DNA from: an uncultured Clostridium sp.
GTDB taxonomy: Bacteria > Bacillota > Clostridia > TANB77 > CAG-508
Assembly: GCA_930982035.1 (NCBI GenBank)
Contig: CAKNJL010000001.1
Coordinates: forward strand, 9,796-73,795
Length of the DNA stretch: 64,000 nucleotides
Reading direction: 5' to 3'
A program made the position numbers and the translations under genes. The notes under the pieces are model-generated. The model had not been told where the DNA came from and did not search any database. It saw only the letters and a program-made list of their open reading frames with translations. Below are positions 58,037 to 64,000 of this stretch, piece after piece. Each line of letters starts with the position of its first letter. Positions within the stretch are counted from its first letter, which is position 1.

Positions 58037-58231
58037 AATCATTAAAAATCTATATTTATTTTATAACCTTTTTTACTTTCCTACAATCTAATTATATCTA
58101 TATATCTTACTAAATTATTTGTTGCTTTATTTGGTAATTTTACATTTATTTTCTATTTTTTTATATACTTTTTCATAATATTTAATATCCGCTTTTATCT
58201 CCTCTTTTTGTATTCATCTATATAGGCTATT

Positions 58232-59182
58232 TTAATATATTTCTTTGTATTCTTTATATTTTTCTCTTAAACTATCTCTATAGTCTATTTTTTCTGCTTG
58301 GATTTCATATTCTAATATCCATTCTTTGTAAAGTTCAAATTCCTCTAGCATTTCTAATAATATATATTCCTTAATCTCTTTATCTTTTTTTATGTATTGT
58401 TTGTGAAAGTATTTTATTCCTTCTTGGATTTCACATAAATCAAAATAAATTTGAACAACACATTCAACAAAATAATTTAAATACTCTTCATTTTCATAGC
58501 TAGCTTGTTTTTTATATTTTTCTTTCCAATTTTCCACTTGCTCTTTTAATAATTCTATTGCCATATATTTTGCATCCGTAGTTTTTAAACATGATTCAAA
58601 TGAATATAATATTGTTCTATGATATTCTTGCGGATCATATTTAACATTTAGTAAATCTATACAATATGATAGATTTTCTTTTGTTATTCCATTTGATAAT
58701 TTTCTTTGAACAATATTTTTAAGAAATTCTGATTGTGAAACTTGAATAGCTCCAAATGTATTCCAACTAGAAAATGTTAAATAATGTGTTCCAAAACTTA
58801 AAACCCCAAATAAATCTTTTAATAAATCTGTTGCTTTTTTGCCTTCTTCTGTTGTTGGTAAAAAGCTATTTAGTTGCTTATAGAATGTTTTTACTTTAAA
58901 TCTCCATTTACTTCTTTCATTTTTTGGAATTATTTTATTTGGTCTTGCATATAAGTCATCACTTGCACATTCAATAAAGTATTCTACTTCTTTTTCTAAT
59001 CTTTCTATTGTTATATTTTTATCTACCTTTTCTATTTTTGTATTTAGATTTATTATATAATTATCTATATTGTAATCTTCTTTGATATTTTTTGGTATTC
59101 TTTTATATAATTCAACAATTATTTTTCTTTTATCTTCTTCATTATAATTTTTTATTATTTCTCTTAACTCATTAACTTTCAT
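58232..59182 (-). CDS. hypothetical helical protein
   Basis: 316 aa, all-helical composition, no motif recognised. Last gene of a tightly packed operon. Confidence 0.5.
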   Translation of the reverse strand: MKVNELREIIKNYNEEDKRKIIVELYKRIPKNIKEDYNIDNYIINLNTKIEKVDKNITIERLEKEVEYFIECASDDLYARPNKIIPKNERSKWRFKVKTFYKQLNSFLPTTEEGKKATDLLKDLFGVLSFGTHYLTFSSWNTFGAIQVSQSEFLKNIVQRKLSNGITKENLSYCIDLLNVKYDPQEYHRTILYSFESCLKTTDAKYMAIELLKEQVENWKEKYKKQASYENEEYLNYFVECVVQIYFDLCEIQEGIKYFHKQYIKKDKEIKEYILLEMLEEFELYKEWILEYEIQAEKIDYRDSLREKYKEYKEIY

Positions 59183-59218
59183 AATTTCAATTCCTCATTT
59201 TTATTATTAAATAAATTT

Positions 59219-59458
59219 TTACTTTTTAATATTATATTTTTTTATTAATTCTTTTGCTTTTTCAATTCCTTTTTCTGTTATATATGTAGACTTGGCTTTA
59301 TATGTACTTCCACCTATCATATTTTCACTTTGTAATTTATTTAAAATATCAAAGTCATAACCCTTCCATGTTCTTTGATATTTACCATATGGTTCTCTTT
59401 CAGTCCATGATGTCAAATATAATAGCAATAATGTTAGTTCCTTTATTTGTTCTTCCAT
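59219..59458 (-). CDS. small conserved hypothetical protein (LTSW...WKGYDFD type)
   Basis: 79 aa. LTLLLLYLTSWTE...RTWKGYDFDILNKL...ITEKG resembles a small DUF family I recall as DUF6429, with low certainty. Confidence 0.45.
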   Translation of the reverse strand: MEEQIKELTLLLLYLTSWTEREPYGKYQRTWKGYDFDILNKLQSENMIGGSTYKAKSTYITEKGIEKAKELIKKYNIKK

Positions 59459-59460
59459 TT

Positions 59461-60011
59461 TTAAATCTCTCTTTCTATGAATTCTATAAATGTTGGTACT
59501 GTTCCCAATAAGTATTTGTTATCTTTAACTACAAGATAAGCTTCTGCTTCTGAGCCCCATGAATATGTATCCTCATATTCAATTTCTTCTATTTTGGCTT
59601 TTGTAAATTTCTTTCTTCCAGTTAGATAATTTAGTAAATGTTCATTACTTCTTGTACTTCTATAAGTACTCTTTTACACTTTCTATAAACTCCATTTTTA
59701 TAATACATTATAGATAAAGGAAATAGCATAAAAGCTGAATCGTCTGAATACCTATTATATAGTTCTTCAGCTTTATCAAATTTTTCCAGTGCAGTATATA
59801 ATCCTATCATCAAATATCTTATGCCTAAATTATCACTTTCACATAATTCTAATAATTCTTCTCCTTGTTTTATTGCTTTTGTTTTTACTTGTTCATCATA
59901 TGCCTCAAATAATAAATCATCTGATTGTTCTCTTTTGATAAATTCTTCATCATCGAAATCCATATTTTTCAACCTCCATATTTTTTCTTCTAATTCATTT
60001 TTCAAATTCAT
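59461..60011 (-). pseudogene. hypothetical TPR-like protein interrupted by a frameshift
   Basis: ORF 59631..60035 ends at ...EVQEVMNIY. The adjacent frame continues with SNEHLLNYLTGRKKFTKAKIEEIEYEDTYSWGSEAEAYLVVKDNKYLLGTVPTFIEFIEREI and ends 2 nt before the next gene. Confidence 0.5.
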
Positions 60012-60810
60012 TCTTTCTACTCTTAAAAAAATCATAAAAATATCTTACATTTTCAAGTTCACTCCATTTTTGAACTTTATAATCTTTTGTATCTAAATTA
60101 TATATTTTAGCATTTAGAATTCCTAACATAAATGGAGAATGCGTTGCAATTATAAATTGAATACCTAAGTATCTTGCCATTTTATTTATCTCTTCTGCAA
60201 GTTTTACTTGATTTTGCGGGGATAATGAAACTTCTGGTTCATCTAATAAATACAAATTGTATGGTTCAATATTATCTTCTAAAATTTGCAATGTTGTTTC
60301 TCCATTAGAATACTTATCTTGCGAAAATTCAAACCTTGCAAATTGTTTTCCACCTTCTTTTGTTTGCAAAAAATCCTTTGCATTTTGCAATCCTCTTTTT
60401 CTTGCTAAATTACTTTCTATACTTTCTTGTAAAATTGCATCTTGTTGTATTTTCCTTATTTCATATAAGATTTCTTCACTTTTTATATATCTGCTATTTT
60501 CTGGTATTCTAGTTAATTTTCTACCATTCTCATTTTCTCCTAGTTCATATTCACATTTTGATGCATAATCCTCAAAATAATCTAATGTTCCAACAACTTT
60601 TGGATTACTTCGTTCTTTTCCTTTTAAATTTAATTTATGAGCAATGATATTTAGTATGGTTGATTTTCCTGAGCCATTATTTCCATATAATACTGTTATG
60701 CTGTCAAATATAAATATATCTGGCTCTTTATTTTGTAATACATTAAATGGATATATATTATTATTTTTTATTCTGCTATCACTTAATTTAAATGTTTTTA
60801 GGTATATCAT
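59995..60810 (-). CDS. stand-alone ABC-like (AAA_21-type) ATPase
   Basis: 271 aa. Walker A GNNGSGKST. Walker B and downstream LYLLDEPEVSLSPQNQ...IIATHSP. No TM or nuclease domain. Confidence 0.75.
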   Translation of the reverse strand: MIYLKTFKLSDSRIKNNNIYPFNVLQNKEPDIFIFDSITVLYGNNGSGKSTILNIIAHKLNLKGKERSNPKVVGTLDYFEDYASKCEYELGENENGRKLTRIPENSRYIKSEEILYEIRKIQQDAILQESIESNLARKRGLQNAKDFLQTKEGGKQFARFEFSQDKYSNGETTLQILEDNIEPYNLYLLDEPEVSLSPQNQVKLAEEINKMARYLGIQFIIATHSPFMLGILNAKIYNLDTKDYKVQKWSELENVRYFYDFFKSRKNEFEK

Positions 60811-61349
60811 TTTTCATTCCTCAAATTATATTTATCAATATTTTCTTTGATTGCAAATCCATTAGTTCCTTTTACTTTTTTTAAAAATATTATTCCATCT
60901 AAATGGTCACATTCGTGTTGAACTAATCTTGCAAAAAATCCATTTAATGGTTTTACTATTTTCTCTCCATTTTCATTATAATAAGTCAATTCTATATTTT
61001 TATATCTTTCTACTTTTCCTCTTATGCTTGGTACACTCATACAACCTTCGTATTGCACATCTGCATCTTCTGATAACTTCTTCCATGTTGGATTTATCAT
61101 TGCTGTTATTGGTATTTCTTCTGCATCATTGTATTTTATATTTTCTGTTTTTGCTCCTACTACAATAATTCTTTTATCTACACCTATTTGAGGTGCAGCA
61201 ATTCCTAATCCTGTTCCAAATTCTAGTGTTGATTTTAAATCTTCTATAATATCCAAAATTTCTTCATTAATGTTTTTTATATCTACTTCATTACATTGTC
61301 TTTGAAGAATAGGGTCTCCTACTTCTCTTACTTTTAATACTTTACCCAT
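60807..61349 (-). CDS. def: peptide deformylase
   Basis: 180 aa. Motifs GLGIAAPQIG, EGCMSVP and HECDHLDG. The stop overlaps the ATPase start (ATGA). Confidence 0.92.
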   Translation of the reverse strand: MGKVLKVREVGDPILQRQCNEVDIKNINEEILDIIEDLKSTLEFGTGLGIAAPQIGVDKRIIVVGAKTENIKYNDAEEIPITAMINPTWKKLSEDADVQYEGCMSVPSIRGKVERYKNIELTYYNENGEKIVKPLNGFFARLVQHECDHLDGIIFLKKVKGTNGFAIKENIDKYNLRNEK

Positions 61350-61445
61350 TTTGTCTTACCTCCATATATCACCATATTTATATCACAGATTTACATTTTC
61401 CTCAACAAAATCATTAAAATTTGCACTGAATACATTGAATTTTTG

Positions 61446-61480
61446 GTTCAAAAATAAAGCACCTATTACAAAGGTACTTT
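61446..61480 (-). terminator. rho-independent terminator after abiEii
   Basis: Minus strand reads AAAGTACCT-ttgtaat-AGGTGCTTT followed by ATTTTTG. Confidence 0.6.
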
Positions 61481-61534
61481 ACTTAGGATTCTCTTTAACT
61501 TTTAAATTTTATTTTTCAAAATATCGTTAGCCAT

Positions 61535-62392
61535 TTATTCTCCTTTATTTTTCTTTATTATATTTATTATTTCTTCCAACACTTTCATAGTATCTTCATA
61601 ACTAATATCTTCTGCATAACTAAACTTGCTCTGATAATTTTTCCAATGCTCTTTCAAAGCGTCACTTTCTTTTATAACTTCCATTATTTCATCTATATTA
61701 TCAAATTTATCAATGGATCCTCTATACTCAAATTTCTTTATAATAGCTTGTTTTAGCAATTTCTTATCAAAATTCTTCTGTTGTGTTGTCCATAATATAT
61801 AAATATCATAAAAATCCCTTGCTCTTGTAGTATCAACATTTCTAGATATAATTGTTTCAAATTTATCTGCTATCACAGTTTCCATATTATATGCAAGTAT
61901 TTCTATAGAACGATTTTCAAAAATTAAATCAAATTTATATTTTATTTCTTTTGGAGTAATGACATCTCCTGTTGTTATGTCTAATTTCATAGGTACAACT
62001 AACTTATCAAATTTTGCATCTAATGATACTCTATATCCACCATATTCATCTTCTTGTCTTATTTCTTTTATTCCTTTAAATTCAAAAGTTACACCATCAT
62101 CTAAATCTATCTTAAATATATCATCTAAAATATTTTCAAGATTATCTTTTTCTAAATCAAAGCCTTTTATTGTTGCATCCATATCTAGTGTATTTCTCAT
62201 ATCTATTCCTACTATAGCTGTTATTAGCATTCCACCTTTTAATATGAATTTATATTTATACTCTGATACAGCAATTCTTTCCAATAGTCTCTCTAGCATA
62301 TAGTTTTGTAAAATGATATTTTCGTTTACATCAACTTTTGTTGACATGTTTTTTATCCATGCTTTTAGTTGTGCTCTATTTTTAGCTATCAT
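61535..62392 (-). CDS. abiEii: AbiEii/AbiGii-family nucleotidyltransferase toxin (type IV TA)
   Basis: 285 aa. N-terminus ...LERLLERIAVSEYKYKFILKGGMLI, with a DUF1814-like layout. Overlaps the upstream antitoxin gene by 4 nt. Confidence 0.8.
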   Translation of the reverse strand: MIAKNRAQLKAWIKNMSTKVDVNENIILQNYMLERLLERIAVSEYKYKFILKGGMLITAIVGIDMRNTLDMDATIKGFDLEKDNLENILDDIFKIDLDDGVTFEFKGIKEIRQEDEYGGYRVSLDAKFDKLVVPMKLDITTGDVITPKEIKYKFDLIFENRSIEILAYNMETVIADKFETIISRNVDTTRARDFYDIYILWTTQQKNFDKKLLKQAIIKKFEYRGSIDKFDNIDEIMEVIKESDALKEHWKNYQSKFSYAEDISYEDTMKVLEEIINIIKKNKGE

Positions 62393-62982
62393 AGCAAAAC
62401 CTCCAGATATTTTCTTAGTTCATCTTCAATATTAAATATTTTTGCATATTTATGCAATTTAATAGAATTTCTATCTTTTCTATCAGCATATCTTTTCATT
62501 GCGTCTGTAAATAAAGCTATTTCAATTTTCTTTTTATTTCTTATAATGTCACATATTGTTCTCTCTAAATCATAAACTTTTACTTTATTCCCATAAGGTG
62601 TTTTCATTTCTACAATTCCTATTTCATATAATTCCTCTTTTAAATAGAAAAATTGATAATTTTTATTTTTTAACAATTTTGTATTATAGTAACTTGGTAT
62701 TGTTAATTGATATCTTATAGGTGTTCTATCACATAAATCATGAAAGTACAAAGCTGTTTCGTGAGAAAATATTCCTTTTTTGCAAATTGCTTGTGTAATA
62801 AAGTATTTATCTTCAAATGTATCTGCACCTATATATGTTCCTCTTGCTACTCTTTCTATTAATCCTCTCTCTATCATTCTCGTTAAAACCTTATTGTTAA
62901 TCCCTAAATCTTCTACTTGGTATGTTTCAATTACTCCATTATTCTTTTTTAATAACTTTTCTACCTTTTGTATATCATCCAT
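62389..62982 (-). CDS. abiEi: AbiEi-family antitoxin / transcriptional regulator
   Basis: N-terminal wHTH GVIETYQVEDLGINNKVLTRMIERGLIERVARGTYI. Start placed at MDDIQK after AAAGGAGA. The ORF track extends to 63045, through the operator palindrome. Confidence 0.8.
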   Translation of the reverse strand: MDDIQKVEKLLKKNNGVIETYQVEDLGINNKVLTRMIERGLIERVARGTYIGADTFEDKYFITQAICKKGIFSHETALYFHDLCDRTPIRYQLTIPSYYNTKLLKNKNYQFFYLKEELYEIGIVEMKTPYGNKVKVYDLERTICDIIRNKKKIEIALFTDAMKRYADRKDRNSIKLHKYAKIFNIEDELRKYLEVLL

Positions 62983-62997
62983 CACTATTTCTCCTTT

Positions 62998-63043
62998 GCC
63001 GTTTTCATTCGTAAATATTGTATCATTTACGAATGAAAACGGC
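62998..63043 (-). promoter_or_regulatory. perfect 19-bp inverted repeat overlapping the predicted abiE promoter (candidate AbiEi operator)
   Basis: GCCGTTTTCATTCGTAAAT (62998-63016), 8 nt, then ATTTACGAATGAAAACGGC (63025-63043). On the minus strand TTGCCG, a 17-nt spacer and TGaTACAAT fall inside the dyad. The RBS follows immediately. Confidence 0.6.
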
Positions 63044-63077
63044 AAGTATTTCTTATAATTTTTTTATTTTATAAAAT

Positions 63078-63110
63078 TATAGCACGGACTTATAAAATTT
63101 CCGTGCTATA
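63078..63110. repeat. single perfect copy of the TATAGCACGG palindrome
   Basis: TATAGCACGGacttataaaatttCCGTGCTATA, between the APH-like gene and the abiE promoter. Confidence 0.7.
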
Positions 63111-63245
63111 AATCTAGCTTTCTAAGTAAAATGCTAATCTTAAATTATCTCTAATATATTTCTCTTCAAAAATATTGATACTTCATCGTTCATATCTTTC
63201 TCCTAATCTTTGAGATTTTTTCTGACAAATTTAAATAAAAATTCA

Positions 63246-64000
63246 TTATTTTTTTAGAATTTCTATCATCTTATCCATTTGACTAACATTATATTTAATT
63301 TCTTCTATAGCCTGTACAATTTCACTTTCGGCTAACTCTATTTCCTCTTGTTTATAATCATTTTCTATACATAATGACCTTTTAAAATTATAATCTAACC
63401 ATCCAAGTCCACCGTAAATGTCTGCATATATTATTTTTTTAATATTAGTATCAGTTTCATTTTTAGAATTTTTTTTATAACTATTTACTACTATTTCAAA
63501 TTTATTATAATCTAAATTTTCTACATCTCCACCAGACCAATACCAAGCAACTTGTATTAATTCAATAGTTGGATTAATATACCCACTAGCTTCCCAATCT
63601 ATAATAAATGGTTTATATTCTTGCCAAATTACATTCTTTCTATCAAGGTCAGTATGACTAATAACTAAATTTTCATTAACATATTTAATTGCTTCATTTG
63701 ATTTTTTATTTAATTCATATAATAAATCAATATTTTTCTCTAAAATATTGAGGTAATCTTTGTTTTTTCTCTTTGCTAATTCTAAATATTTATTCCAGTC
63801 AAATTGTTCTATATTAATCTTTTTTCTCTCATTATCTTCAATTTCAGAAAAATCGATATTGTGAATTTTGGCTAGAATTTCTCCTACTATTTCACAATGT
63901 TTTTCTGTTATCTCTTCAGCTTTCAAGGTTTTACCTTCTATCCAATCAAATGCCATAAAATATCTATTATTTATTTTTCTCATAATATCATTGTTTTTTA
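63246..64000 (-). CDS. APH-family phosphotransferase, probably partial (runs off the window)
   Basis: HTDLDRKNVIW catalytic loop and IIDWEASGY. The frame stays open upstream of the annotated Met to position 64000, and the usual N-terminal ATP-binding lobe is missing from the window. Confidence 0.7.
   Translation of the reverse strand, partial: KNNDIMRKINNRYFMAFDWIEGKTLKAEEITEKHCEIVGEILAKIHNIDFSEIEDNERKKINIEQFDWNKYLELAKRKNKDYLNILEKNIDLLYELNKKSNEAIKYVNENLVISHTDLDRKNVIWQEYKPFIIDWEASGYINPTIELIQVAWYWSGGDVENLDYNKFEIVVNSYKKNSKNETDTNIKKIIYADIYGGLGWLDYNFKRSLCIENDYKQEEIELAESEIVQAIEEIKYNVSQMDKMIEILKK

Overview
Very AT-rich chromosomal segment of a Firmicutes/Clostridia-like organism. I estimate about a quarter G+C from sampled stretches; I did not compute it over the whole window. 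Every credible gene except one lies on the minus strand.

Recognisable housekeeping genes: uvrB, pepF, dpaB (spoVFB), a class A PBP, maf, pepC and def. There is also a dlt-like D-alanylation operon (ligase, carrier protein, MBOAT, DltD-like), three ABC exporter genes, a MerR-controlled CMD/cupin plus DUF362 operon, and an unusually large set of small Nudix, MazG, Maf, HAD, GNAT and P-loop kinase genes. Two large surface proteins are present: one with a dockerin, one LPXTG-anchored with NPCBM and discoidin domains.

The second half (about 39-64 kb) looks accessory and decayed. It holds an internally deleted Abi/UG-type reverse transcriptase next to an AlbA_2/HATPase_c_4 protein, a Fic protein, an AbiEi/AbiEii pair, KilA-N, MBL and DUF1186 fragments, and many genes broken by single frameshifts.

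I found no rRNA, tRNA, CRISPR array, transposase or integrase.

The most interesting unexplained signals:
1. Two families of 180-275 bp rod-like hairpin elements with conserved GC-rich apical cores and co-varying stems. There are four copies between 9.4 and 21.2 kb, and one pair flanks a gene in inverted orientation.
2. A five-unit tandem array of 40-bp palindromes after fic, with single copies elsewhere.
3. A split, circularly permuted repeat that suggests a roughly 6.5 kb integrated element at 51.5-58.0 kb.
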